Shown here in pieces: positions 23,889-36,470 of a DNA stretch of 64,000 nucleotides. The notes beneath the pieces are model-generated. The model searched no databases. It had not been told where the DNA came from and was given only the letters and a program-made list of their open reading frames with translations. Numbering within the stretch: the stretch's first letter is position 1; each line of letters opens with the position of its first letter. Source of the DNA: Felis catus (Eukaryota); assembly GCF_018350175.1 (NCBI RefSeq), contig NC_058368.1:189598001-189662000 (forward strand). Reading direction: 5' to 3'. A program made the translations under genes and the position numbers.

Positions 23889-25439
23889 TGGAATGATACT
23901 TAGCATTACATAGCTGGGGAAACAGAGCTTTTTAGAGAGAAGCAACTTGGGCAAAGGCAAAGGAGCAGGAAGTACAAAGTGTGTTCTTACCTCACGGAAA
24001 TGGTAAGATATAAGAATGAAACCAGACTGTGGGTGAGCTTGAATTGAAATTTTTTTCAGGAATTGCATTTCACCTGTTAGCCCAACTGAACTCAGTGCTT
24101 GGCACGGCAGATTAATCACAAAGGTTATGTGCCCCAAAAGTACATCTAGCATGGTTACTATTATAATCATGGAGTGGGGGGACATTATAAACTGAGGAAT
24201 ATTTAAACACGTAGAGAGCAGGTTATGGTCATATCCAAAAAGGCTGGCAACCACGGCCATATTAGAGTTCTCTCCCTGTGCTCCTCCAAGTCATCCATCC
24301 AACCATTTTTCCATGTCTATTGGTAACATACTATGATGAGTCACATTCCAAGTAACTTCCCTCATTGAGCTTAACTGCTAGTTGTGAAGACAGTAAACTG
24401 AGAAATGTGCAAACATATAGAAATAATTTTGTTTCAGTTGGGATAGTAATGTGAACACAGTGTGTAATGTGAACCAGTCAGAAGACTCAAACTGACCTAA
24501 ACTGGGTTAGGATAGCAGTCAAAGAAGTTTTCCCTAAAAAAATAAAATTTTAAATTGTGGGACCATTTTAGTACTGCAAAAGTGAATAAGACCTGTCTTC
24601 TGAGAAAATGGAAGGGGGCAGAGATGCAAAACTGTAGGACTGAAGACATTTTACCCATTTCTCAACTTTTTCATAGGAAAGCACCTACATGGAAAAGTAA
24701 CTAATTTCATTTGCTTTGTTGTTATGACAAGAGGTAGGGGGGTGGTTACAGATGAATTACATATATAAGTGTGTGTGCAGTTTATTTATCCTTACTCAAG
24801 AATATATTCTAGGAAGTGACGGCTTGAGCTGGATTCCTAACACCAGATTGACCAAGGTTCATATTCTACTTACGTCCTGGGGTGATGCTGGAGTAACACT
24901 GAAACATCAGAAGTAAGAGCTGGAGTTCTGCTGCCATTTCCGGAGTCTGGCCACACCAACTCCAGCAGTATGCCTCCTGTTACCAGGGACTTTGCATGGA
25001 TGAAGCATTTGTCCCAGCAGACTGAATTTAGAGACATTTGAAGTTTTCCCTTTGTTCCATTTCAACAGTACTCAAAAATATATAGCTTTGGGACTGCTTT
25101 GAACTAATTTCCTAGGGAGTTTTAAAAAGAAAAAAGACCTTTTCTTTGACTCTCACTCAATTAAAAAATAACATTTGGGTTTGGTTTGAGAGTTCAAAAA
25201 AATTAGTCCTCATTTTTGTCAGTGATTCATTTAATCAGTTTAGTTCCAGTTCCTATAGTTGGCCTAACTTTGAAAAATCTATACAATGAGGCATTGTGGC
25301 TGCTTAAGATTGACCCAAACTTTCCAACAACTCCCTCCTAGGCCTTGGCTTATGGGTCCAGGGGGAATGGGATGATGGCCCTAGTCTGAATAAATGAAAA
25401 TAGTGACTTCTATTAAAGGGAACAAACAAATCAAACTAT

Positions 25440-25915
25440 GAACACTTGCTAAGCTAGAAATCAAGGGAAACTTTCTTAACATGGTATTTAAAATATATAT
25501 ATCAGATAGTAACAGTAAACTTATGTAATGATGAAAGACTAAGGATACCTGTATTAAAATTAGGAATAAGCAAAGATGCCAATACCACTGAGATTTGTTC
25601 TGGAGGTCTTAGCCAATGCAGTAGGACAAGAAAAAGAAATATGAAATAAATATTAAAAAGGAAAAGACAAAATTATTGTTTGTAATAATAATTATCTTCC
25701 TAGAAAATCCAAATAAATTAATTGAAAAACCATTTAAGCTAATAAGGGGCTTCAACATGGAGTAAGATAAAATATAAATAAACAAAAATTAATAGCTTTA
25801 CTGTATGTCAGCAAAAATCCATTAGAATATTTCATATTAAAGAAAGATCCCATTTACATAGAAATTAAAAAGGTAAAATTCCTATGAATCACTTAACAAA
25901 AAAAATCAAGACCAA
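25440..25915 (+). mobile_element. Old L1M ORF2 (RT region) fragment
   Basis: 'aggaataagcaaagatgcc...ctggaggtcttagccaatgcagtaggacaagaaaaagaaat...cctagaaaatcc'. Confidence 0.85.
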
Positions 25916-26793
25916 TATCTTTGTAATCTTTTAAATAAACCCAGGCATGATTGAAAAGCATCAAGCAATCTGAAGCTCAAACACATAATGCTATAAAGGG
26001 CTTGTAGATCTGAACCCCTTTCTGTCATTAACTTTTATTCTTGGTGAATTCTTTACATGGAAATAATGATTTTGTTTCACTAACAACCAACCATTTCTGG
26101 GTTATGGAGATCAACAGAATGCAGTTTTAACTTTTGCCTCTGAAAGCCAATCAAAGGATATGGTTCTGAGATTGCTGTAGCTCTGACCAACAGCACAGCC
26201 ACCTAACTATTCAAAAACATTGCACTTATCTGAGAAGCTTGGAGATAAATACCATAGAATTAGAATTTATTAATGAGAGTTTATATATAATATAAACACA
26301 TTAAGTATTTGTTAAATGAATAATTCTTACTAATGTCCAAAATTGTCACATCTTTATTATAACAATAAAATTACTTAATTCTACACAGCACCTTCACGTG
26401 CAATATTTTACTTCATCCTCACAAAACTCTATAAGGTAAGTTGTGCAAGTGTGATTTTTAAACCAGTATGTAGGAAGCATATATCCTGTTTCATGACATA
26501 TACAAGCAGTGTGCAAAACATTTTATACACAATAACTTATTCAATGATGTCTTATGACATCATTCTGAGATTGGTGTTGTATTAATGCTTATTTTATGGC
26601 TAAGAAAACTGAGGCTCAGATAGGTTAAAAATCTAATTACAGAGCCAATAAATGGCAGAACTATGATGAGCCTAGTTAATTCTGACCTCAAAAGTTCACT
26701 CTAAACCCTTAGAGTATACCTCCTCTGATGGTGGCAGTTTTATTGTGACTCATCACAATCTCCAGCAGCAGCAGCAGCAGCATTATTACCTAT

Positions 26794-27326
26794 TGGATTA
26801 CTTTGCTCAGGCCTCCATAACATAATAAAACAGAATTAAAATACAGAAATTTAGGGGCACCTGGGTGGTTCAGTCAGTTAAGTGTTCGACTCTTGATTTT
26901 GGCTCAGACCCAGATTTCATGGTTCATGAGATTGAGCCCAGTGTCAGGCTCTGTGCTGGGAGCCCTCTCTCTCCCACAGAATAGATAAACTTTTTCTAAA
27001 AATTACAGAAATGTACTTTCTTACAGTTCTGGAGGCTTGAAGTCCAAGATCAAAGTGCCAGCAGGCACTTAGTTTCTGGTGAGGCCTCTCTCCTTGGTTT
27101 GCAGGCAGCTGCCTTCTGCAATTTTAAATGATACATGTAAAATTCCTCACCTGGCCTTTCCTCTGTGCATGCACATCCCTGTACCTCTTCCTCTTCTTAT
27201 AAGAACACCAGTTATATTGGAGAAAATCTCGACCTTATGACCTCATTTAACCTTAATTACCTCCTTAAAGGCCCTATCTCCAAATAAGATCATAGAGATT
27301 CAATCTACAAATTTCAGTCCATAACA
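26794..27326 (-). mobile_element. MaLR solo LTR (MLT1B-like) inserted in a MIR
   Basis: 'acagttctggaggcttgaagtccaagatcaaagtgccagcagg...ttatgacctcatttaaccttaattacctccttaaaggccctatctccaaata..ttcagtccataaca'; TSD cctat/gctat. Confidence 0.88.
26854..26997 (+). mobile_element. Internally shortened SINEC nested in MLT1
   Basis: SINEC head; TSD-like tacagaaattta/tacagaaatgta. Confidence 0.85.
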
Positions 27327-28709
27327 GCTATACTTAAAGATAAGAAAACTGAGGTTCAGGGAAGTTAACGGACTTGCTAAGGGCACACAGCTATAAAGTA
27401 AAAGAACTTAGGCTCAGACCTAGATGTATCCAAGTTTAAATCCCATGTTCTTTCCACTTCCCCACAGTAATTATTCACACTGTGGGAAGGGAAGTGCTAT
27501 GTAAACAATGTAAATGAACAGATAATACAAAACTCATTCTCATTCAGCTTTGGAATACTCAGTTTACATTTTCAAACCCCATTTTGTCTTCATCATTATT
27601 TCTAAACTGCTACTAAAATGAGTTTGCATTGCCTCATGGTGCCCTCCCCACTATTCCCAACCTGAGAACAAAGAGAAGTAGCCCAAAACCAAATTGACAT
27701 GCATTGCAAAGACAGCAGGACATTAAAAATCTACCATAGCTAACCACACACATATAAACCAGAACTGACTGTATGTACTTTGATATACTTAGAGAAAAAG
27801 GGCTATATAAATTCAAATTGCTCTCCTACCTAGATATCTAATTCAACTTCACAGGGTCCTAGGATGCAGGTACAGTATTATTTTCCAGTTACATTCATTC
27901 ATTTATTTATTCAAATAGCATTTACTGAGCAGTGTCCACCAATTAGTCAATCCCAAATGAACTCATTTAGTCAAAGGATGACAGTTGCTGTTCTCAATTT
28001 CCCACAGACACAGACTCTAAAGAAATTTTTGTTGGAATCTCCCCTCAGTGTCTCTACCCATATCCTTCCACTCCCAACCCCTACACCCAAAATAATGTAA
28101 TTTATCTCTGGAAATGACAATGAGGTCTTGTAACTGTGTTTTATATAGATAGAAAAACTCAGAGGGATGAAGTTCAATGTCATACTACCTATAAGTACAG
28201 TGTCAGGATTAGAATCCAAGCAGCCTGATACCAGAGTCTACACTTGTATCCACTATGCTATATTTCTTGATATGCTATATTTTTAATTAGTTTATCAACA
28301 TAAGAACAGAAGGAAAATTTAGGCTTGCAAAAGAAATTCTTAAGTTAGAAAAGTAAGGCCTAAGAAGGCAAGGGATTTATCCAAAGCCACCCATGAAGAA
28401 GGAGACAAATAGTGCTCAGAACATGGATGTCCTTCCATCCTTACCATGTGACTCCATTTTCATAGCATCCAAGGGATCTGGTGCCCCCATAATTCTGGGA
28501 CCATGTTCTGGAGGGTAAGAGGAACACTAGCTCATGCCAACTATCCATTGTTCACCTGAGCTAGACATCCCATCCATGAGTCAAAGTAAGCAGAGGGAGG
28601 GCATGCATATCTGGCATAGCCTCATTATAGACAACTTCCCCTGTTTCCAGAAGACTGTGAATAAAAAATAAATTTAATAGATGAATTTTTGTATAATATG
28701 TACTATGTA

Positions 28710-30590
28710 ACTAGTCAGGATAGGCTTCATCAAAAAGGCTACATTTGAGCAAAGACTTAAAGGAGCTCGCTATGCTGCTGTCTGAAGAATCGGCATTCCA
28801 GACAGAGGGAGGCTCCATGGCAGGTAGACATAGAGAGATGTGTTAGAAGGGTACCGCACTAACCCAAGCTAGAGATGATAGTGGCTAGAGTAGCAGCAGT
28901 AGAGATGAGAAGGGGTTAAATTCTGGATGCATTTTGAAAGCCAAGTCCATAGTGTTTCCTGCAGCTTTGTTGCGGGATGTGAGAGACAAAGTATTGAGCA
29001 TGTCTCCCCACTTTGTGCTTGATCATATGGAAGGATGAAATGCTATCAGCTGAGAAGGGAAAATTTGTGGATAAGGCAGGTTTGGGACAGAGGTGAAAAG
29101 GAAGATCAGGAATTCAGTTTTGGACAAGTTGAATTTAAAATGTCTATCCAGTATGCAAGTGAAGAAGCTCAGTGTGCTGCAGAATGTATGAGTCTGAGGT
29201 TCAAGAAAGAAGTCTGACTGAATATATAAACTGGAAAGTCACCAGTATATAGATGGCATGTAAATCCAAGTGACCAGCCAAACTCCCCAAAAGAATGAAT
29301 GTAGATAGAAAAAAGAGGAAGACTAGGGAATGGCCACGGGGCACTCCAATATTTAGATGTCAGGAAGAAGAGAAACTAGGAAAGGACATTTGGAAGAACC
29401 AACCAGTGAGGTAGGAGGAAAGCCAAGCAAATGTGTGATGTTCCAGAAGCCAAAGGAAGAAAGCATTAAGGAGCAAGTATTCAGCTGGATCAAAAGCTGC
29501 TGATAGGTCACATAACATGAGTTCTGAAAAACAACCACTAAATTAAGCAGTATGGAAGTCATTTGGTAACCTTAACAGAAACTATTTTGATGAGGGATAT
29601 AGGAGCAAAAGGTTGAGTGGGGTGAGTTTAAGAGAGAAAAGGAAGGAAGAAAATTGAGACAGCACAGGAGAGAAAAATAAATGGAGTCACAATTAGCATA
29701 AAAGGCAGAATCAAGAGAAGATGTGAAAATTAGCCACATATTTAAATGTTGATGGAATGACCTCCTACAGAGATTGAGGCTGTAGGAGAGAAAGGGGAGA
29801 ATTGTGAAAATAATGTCCCTAAGTGGCAGGATGTCAGGATTTAGGGTACAATTAAAAGAATTTAGCTTTAGATACATGAGTAATTCTTATTACAACAGGC
29901 TCAAAACTGTATATGGGTGCAGATACTGGTAGATAGGGTAACAGATAGGTGCTTGAGAGAGGGGCTGTCAATAAATAAAGACTAGTGAAGGAGGCAGAGC
30001 CAGACCATGAAGGATCATATAAATTGCCATAAGTGGTCCAGACTTCATTCTGAGTGCAATACACAGCTACATTAAATTTTTAGGCAGATTTTCACATCGT
30101 AAAATTTATTCACAGAAATATGTAGAATAGACTTTGAGGTGCACAAGGGTACCTAAAGGAAAGGAGACCAGTTAGGAAGATGTTGAAGTTGTCTACATAA
30201 TGGAAGAAGATGAGTTAACATAAATAATGGCACTAGGAATAAAAAGAAGTTGACCAATTTGAAATTTTTGAAGCAGTGGACCCCAAAGGACCTGATAATC
30301 AATTGAATATGGTGGGAGAGGGGTGGGAGTCAAAAAATAACCTCAGTTTCCTGGCTCAGGTAACTAGAAGGATAGACATGCCATTCACTGAGCTAAGGAA
30401 CTCAAGAGGACAAACACGATTGGGGCAGAAGATGATAGTTGGTTCCTGGACCTCGATAGAGTTCTCACAGTAAGGATGTCTCCAAGGTTATGGTTTATGT
30501 AGAGCAGGAGCTAAAGAAAGAACTCTGAACTGGAACTAAAGACCCGGGAGTCATTCCAAACAGTTACTGCTGAAACATGGGCAGGGTCGA
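28710..30590 (-). mobile_element. Long L2 fragments (at least two)
   Basis: 'acatttgagcaaagactt', 'aggaattcagttttggacaagttgaattt', 'gtgatgttccagaagccaaaggaagaaagc', 'gccattcactgag'. Confidence 0.85.
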
Positions 30591-31090
30591 AGGAATTCAT
30601 TGATATGTAATAGTGCTATCTGCTCCTACAGTCAATGGTCCAGACCATTCTGCTTTCCCAGGACTCCTTCCTTTGACTTTAGTTGTCCCCATGATTCTAC
30701 AGAACTTACTTTAAATCTACCTTTATTTTACATTTACTCTAACTGTATAAAGGCATGAAAGTAGCTAGACCTACAGAATAAAATAATGGACCTTTGTCAG
30801 AGCAACTCAGAGACATTTTCTATTTTCAATTTTATGGATAAATTCTTGTTAAGGTTTTAGATAAAATGATGCTATTATAAAATGCATTTTAGTTTTTAAC
30901 TGTAAACAACTTTATCATGTGCTACTGTAAATGATATAAGCATTGTCTGTCTCCATCTACAAGATTAGCAAAAAGCTAATTATCTAAAGCAGTGTTTCTT
31001 AAAATGTGGACACATATCCCTCCCTGTACCCTGAAGATGCTTTTAGGTGGTACAGGAAGTGATTTTAGATGGTACATGAACATGGCCCTA

Positions 31091-31654
31091 TGATATGTCA
31101 TGGTGTTGGCCTGTTTTTGTTGAGTTCTCTGTGCCTCTTGGGCTTGGATGCCTGTTTCCTTTGCCAGATTAGGGAAGTTCTCAGCTATAATTTTTTCAAA
31201 TAAATTTGCCGCTTTCTCTCACTCTTCTTCTTCTGGAACTCCTATGATATGGATATCATCTCATTTCATGGAATCACTTAGCTCTGTAATTCTAACCTCA
31301 TGGTCTAGTAATTTCCTTTTGCTCTTTTTTTCAGCTTCATAATTTTCCATAATTTTATCTTCTATCTCACCTATTCTCTCCTCTGCTTCTTCCATCCTCG
31401 CCGTCACTGTATCTAGTTTATTTTGCAACTCATTTACAACATTTCTTCTTTCATCGTGACTATTTCTTAGGTCTTTGATCTCTGCAGCAATAGATTCTCT
31501 GCTTAGCCTTCTATGCTTTTTTCAAGCCCAGCTATTAGTCTTATGTTATTTTAAATTCTTGTTCAAATATATTGTTTATATCTGTTTCGAGCAATTCTCT
31601 GGCTGTCATTTCTTCCTGGATTTTCTTATGAGAAGAATTCTTCTGTTTCATCAT
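31091..31654 (-). pseudogene. Disrupted L1 ORF1p N-terminal/coiled-coil/RRM-start remnant
   Basis: MMKQKNSSHKKIQEEMTARELLETDINN...IIGVPEEEE...IIAENFPNLAKETGIQAQEAQR with stops/frameshifts. Confidence 0.85.
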
Positions 31655-32131
31655 TTTGGTTAGGTTTCTGTCTTTTATGTGTTTTAAAACTTGTTATGTG
31701 TCCTGAACTTGAGAGCACTACCATGTTAATACGAAGTCATACACAGGTCCAGGGCTGGCACTTTAGAAGGTGTTTTTGGACTGTTGCATGCACTCTGCTG
31801 TTGCATTTTGGCTGCTCTATCCCACTGGTCAGTCCTCTACAAAGCTCCTCCTTGTGTAGTGGTGGAGTGTTTGGACCTTCCAACAGGTGTGCTTTGATTT
31901 GTTCATTGAAAAAACGAAGGAAAAAAGGAAGGTGGGGAGCCTGATCCCATACAAAGAGAAAAATGAAAGGGGCAAAAAAAAGACCAATCAGAGAATCAAA
32001 AAGACTATAAGTCTTAGTCCAGAGAGAGAGAAAGGAAAATAAAGAAGAAAGAGATATAGAAAAGGTGTAAAAAGAATAGAGTAAAATTTTCTGATTAAAC
32101 AAACAAACCAGAAAAAATACATTATATATAT

Positions 32132-32196
32132 TTGTTGATGTTGAAGGGAGTTCTCTGTGCCTCTTGGACTTGGATGCTTGTTTCCTTCCCCAGATT
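32132..32196 (-). mobile_element. 65-bp L1 ORF1 fragment inserted in the L1 5'UTR
   Basis: paralogous to ~31116-31170; flanked by ttatatatat at 32122-32131 and 32197-32206. Confidence 0.75.
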
Positions 32197-32292
32197 TTAT
32201 ATATATGTTAAAAACTGACCAAAATCAAATCAGAAACTATGAACCTGGTTCCAAAGGGAAAAAAAAAAAAGAAGAAGAGGGTAAAAAGAAAA

Positions 32293-32348
32293 AGAAGAGA
32301 AGAGAAGAGAAGAGAAGAGAAGAGAAGAGAAGAGAAGAGAAGAAGAGA
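32293..32348. repeat. (AGAAG)n pentanucleotide repeat inside L1 5'UTR
   Basis: direct observation. Confidence 0.93.
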
Positions 32349-35089
32349 AAATGCAAACAGACTAATAGGCAAAAACACAAGGCAGCTGTCTGTTGGTTCC
32401 TGGACTGGTGGCTATGCTGGTCTGGAGGGGAGGCAGTCTAATTCTGTGTCAGTCTTGTTCCAGTAAATAAGCAATTACCAGGCACAGGGGGGTGGAGTTA
32501 GGTGTAAGCAGGTCCTGCCTCCATTCGGGGCCCCTGTGCTGTTTCCTGAAGCCCCACTGTGACGGTGATGGGGAGAAAAATGGCAATACCCCAGTGTCTC
32601 CTCCCTGGACTGGGTGTCTCAAACCATGCCGTTCAGGCCGTCCTCCCGGATCAGCCCAGGCAGTCCACTTGCTGGGCTCCACAGCCTCCCGAGCCTTCTA
32701 TGTGCTCTGCTGGGATTCAAAACCCAATGTCTCAAAGGGCCCTGCACCGCCCGGACCCTGTTCTGGTGTAGCGCCACTCAGCCTTGCTGATAAAAGGCCT
32801 TTGGCTGGCGCCTGCAGGGTCTTCTGTCCTTGGGGAGGCAATAAACCCTCTTCCCACAGTACTCGGGGAAGGGGACTGCTCTCTCCCAGTGCATCCCTGA
32901 GATAGCTACTGTACCTGGGGTAGCGCCCCGCCTCGCCCCACCTCCAAGACGAGTGCACAGGGCAGTGGCTTTGGTGCAGAGAAAGTCCTGCACTTTTGAA
33001 AACTCTGATCTTCATCTCCTGAAAGTGTTTGCAAAATAGAAACTGGCACTCTCCATATTTCTCCTTCTCCAGTCCATGGTCCGTAGAGGTTTTTCTCCTA
33101 TACTAACACAATACTGTAATTCCACAGCCTGTCTTTCCCCTTTGTCTCTCCACAGAAGGGGTTCCTTCCCCCCTGTGCCTATCCTGTTTTATCTCCCCCA
33201 ATTCACATACACGCACCTCGGTCTGCCAAGCTGTCTCCTTCCACCTACGGAGATCCTTCTGCCACTCCACAGATTGATTTCTTGGGTGTTCCAAGTGATC
33301 TGACCTCAATATAGCTGTGTTTGAGGGAGGAGGGAAATCCTGGTCGCCCTACTGCTCCGCCATCTTAACTCCTCTCTGAACATGGCACTAAGTAACACTG
33401 ACTCTCATTGTAAGAAAGTTCATTTCATTTCCATTTTCTTTTAATTCTTCTGACCCGGCCAGTGCAAGAAGAAAGATACATTTTGATGTTAGAGTGTCCT
33501 TAATTCCCGCTAATATTCATTATAACAGAGATAAAGCAGGCCTTGGCTTCAGAGCGCCCACAAACCATTTCTAATTAAAACTCAATAACATTGTTCTATT
33601 TTCATTGTATTTATTTTTTATCCTTAAATCTTATTTATGGTAAATAGTTTCCATTTGTAGTATAGATACCAAATATCCTTGTAAAATAGATTAAGTATTT
33701 TAAAGTGAATGAATTTCAAGAAAGATATTAAGTAAAAGATAGTTCTTGGTTATGTCCAAAACATATGAAAATGGTAGTGTTAAAACATATTTTCCACCAA
33801 AAAAGTAAAATCATTATAACCTATACACACATAAAATAACATATTAAAGATTTTATTTATTATTTAATAAACCAAACGGATGATATAACCAGTTCAAATG
33901 TAAAAGCACAAATTTGTGTTATTTAAAAGAATGTTAAAATGAATGTGAAAATGGACACAAAATGACTTTTGCATGGCTGTCCACCAGACAGAATTCAACT
34001 GCATATTCAATTGCATATCAAGAAACAAGAATTATTTTTGCCTTGCTATCTGTTATCTCTACTTTACAGAGTAATAAAACACTTTAAGGGTGATGAAAGG
34101 TGAGAATCAAACAGCCTAAAAGGGTATGCCCTAAACAATGCATAGTTTTCTATTGAAGAAATGGTTAAAGACCATTTATAGTCCAAATCCTAAGGAGGCA
34201 ACACTGAAAAGATAAAAGGTATATAATCATGGAAGTCTAGAAATCTGGAGTCTTGACCTTGCAACTGTGTAACCTTGGGCAAGGAATTTCTCACTTTGGG
34301 CCTCAGCTTACTTATGTATAAATGAAGGACCTGAACAAGATATTTTCCAAGGGTCCTACGTGTTAGGAAATTCTCCTATTCATGACACTTAAACTCTCAG
34401 GGCTTTAGCTGCCTAAGAGTGGAATTTTGAAACAGTACCTCTTACTTATAAGGTTGTCAACCTGGAATTGGCCTGCTCACCAACCTTCCTAGAGCAGAAG
34501 CTGGGAAGCTGTCTCTTCTTCTCAGACCAGAAGTATAGTCAATGGGCAACTAATTAGTGATCACCATTCATACACCAATGCCTTTATTGGAAAGAGGGTG
34601 TCTTTGTGTTCATCTTTTAATTAAGATTCTGCTGAAATCTAACAGATACACTTCATTTATCATCATCCTTATTACTATCATTAATAACCAGAGTAGAAAT
34701 CCCAGCTTCCACTGGCTACCACATCACATCACATCATTAACGTCCTTCTCCCTGAACTAGTTACAGGTCCCACTCCTGCTTAGAAAGTTCTTGTGCCATG
34801 GGAAGCTTTAATACAGTTATTTTAAAAGTAATTTGATAAAAAATTTCAGAGATGCACAGTTCAATTTTTGTACCCCCTTCTGAGTTTTTCTGGACCACCC
34901 ATTTTGAGGAATATAATTTGCATTGAGTCCAATTCATTCTTTCCTCAAACAACAGCAGATGGAGACAAGGGAAGAGGTTCAGAGAACTATACTCCACGAC
35001 CTTACACCAGGGAAGAACTCAGGGAGGAGTAAATACTTCCTTTTATTCCTCACACACTACTCCTGTATCCTGCCAGAGTTGGAGTGAAA

Positions 35090-35300
35090 AACTAAGAGGG
35101 TGGGCTTCGCTGCCTGAAAGTCTTGATCTGCTACTTAACTCAAGCAAGTGCATTCATTTCTCTGCACCTTGGTTTCTTGAGCTGTTAAAGGAAGTTATAT
35201 AACAGAATCACAGGTTCCTGTGAGGCTTAAAAATCAGGCATGTAAAACACTTAACACGACGCCAGTAAGCACGTAATAAATGTTACCTGTTGTTGTAGTT
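35090..35300 (+). mobile_element. MIR
   Basis: 'ctctgcaccttggtttctt..ctgttaaa...gttcctgtgaggcttaaa..catgtaaaacacttaacac..taataaatgtta'. Confidence 0.7.
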
Positions 35301-36189
35301 GTTGTAGCTGCAATATCCCTGCCTCAGTGCACTTAGAACTGGAAATCAGAGGTGACCACAATAATAAGCATTCTTTCATCCTGTCGTTCAACAGTCATTT
35401 TCTCCCTTATGCATCTTAATTATCTTCTATCATAAAAACTGTGAGTAATGCAAGTTTATTAATATTTGAAGTCAGTATTGGAAAGTATATACACAAGGTA
35501 TTAGGAGTCATTTCTAAAGTGCGGGAATAGGAGAATTTCACGTTAGACTTGCAACACTATGGGATTTTATTAAATTACAAATATATTCCATTATTATAAA
35601 TTTTTTAAAGATTTCCATTTTGAAAAAAATGCAAGTATCATGAGTACATGACAAGTCGCAAAAAAAAAAAAAAAAAAAAAAAACAGAAAAAGAGAGAAGA
35701 CTCATCCTCCTACTATTCTAGCTATCATTGTTCCAGTTCTCCTGAAAACCCAGCTATGTTTGGCTCCTGCAGAATGTTAATAAAAAGATCATGGATACAA
35801 GTGTAACAGTGCTGGAAAGCTGGAGTTCTTAAAATTTGGAAGGACTGAGTATCTGAGGAAAGCTGTAGACCTTCCTCTAAGGAATTGTGAATACACAAAA
35901 CAGCTACATACAATTACAGGACAGTCCTACAACTCCTGACATTTGTCAAAATACAACAATTCTCATAGTAATGTCCATGGTATACCATTAACAAGATCCT
36001 TCACTATCTACCTATTTGATTAAAAGCATACCAAGAAGGTCCCATGGCCAAAAATATCTTCCCCACAGGCCTGATTCCGACACCCAGTATCTTATTATTA
36101 GGAATTCCTTTGAATCAAGGCATTATTACCTATAAAACTGCAAGAGAGCTATAAAACCCTAAGATATTTAACATGTTAAGGTTGTATCA

Positions 36190-36470
36190 TTTGTTCATTT
36201 TTCCCACAAATCTTTATTGAGCATATACTATATACCAGAAGACAGGATAAACAAGATAGTTCTCTTTGAACTCAGTCTAGTGTTTAGAAGACGGGGTGGG
36301 GGGAAAAGATGGACAATAAACATGTAAACAAACCAATTAGTGCTGGAACTAATTAGTGTTAATGATGAGTTCTATAAAGAAAAGAAAACAAAGTAATAGA
36401 ATAGAAAGACTTGAGGGATACAACTTTACATAGGGTGCTTCAGGAGGATTTCTGAAGACCTGCCTGTGAG
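36190..36470 (-). mobile_element. L2 3' end
   Basis: 'acaaatctttattgagcatatactatataccag...ctcagtctagtg...actttacatagggtg'. Confidence 0.65.

Larger units (their letters stand above)
31091..33376 (-). mobile_element. Carnivore L1 5' portion (5'UTR + first half of ORF1), 3'-truncated, TSD-flanked
   Basis: minus strand begins gagaggagttaagatggcggagc (YY1 site 33357-33366); TSD tgaacatggcccta (31077-31090)/tgaacatggcacta (33377-33390); no poly(A). Confidence 0.9.
30990..33780. mobile_element. hAT-Charlie (Charlie4-like) element split by L1 insertion
   Basis: 'cagtgtttcttaaaatgtgg...gattttagatggtacatgaacatggc' continues after L1 as 'taagtaacactgactctcattgtaagaaagtt...agcaggccttggcttcagagc'. Confidence 0.65.

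Noticed and set aside
23522..24260. 124-aa and 175-aa ORFs
   Set aside because: Run through nested SINECs and decayed L2-like sequence
32157..33309. Several 70-137-aa ORFs in GC-rich sequence; CpG-island-like appearance
   Set aside because: Explained by L1 5'UTR and (AGAAG)n repeat
35660..35683. Isolated poly(A) as retrocopy tail
   Set aside because: No TSD or recognisable upstream transcript/element found
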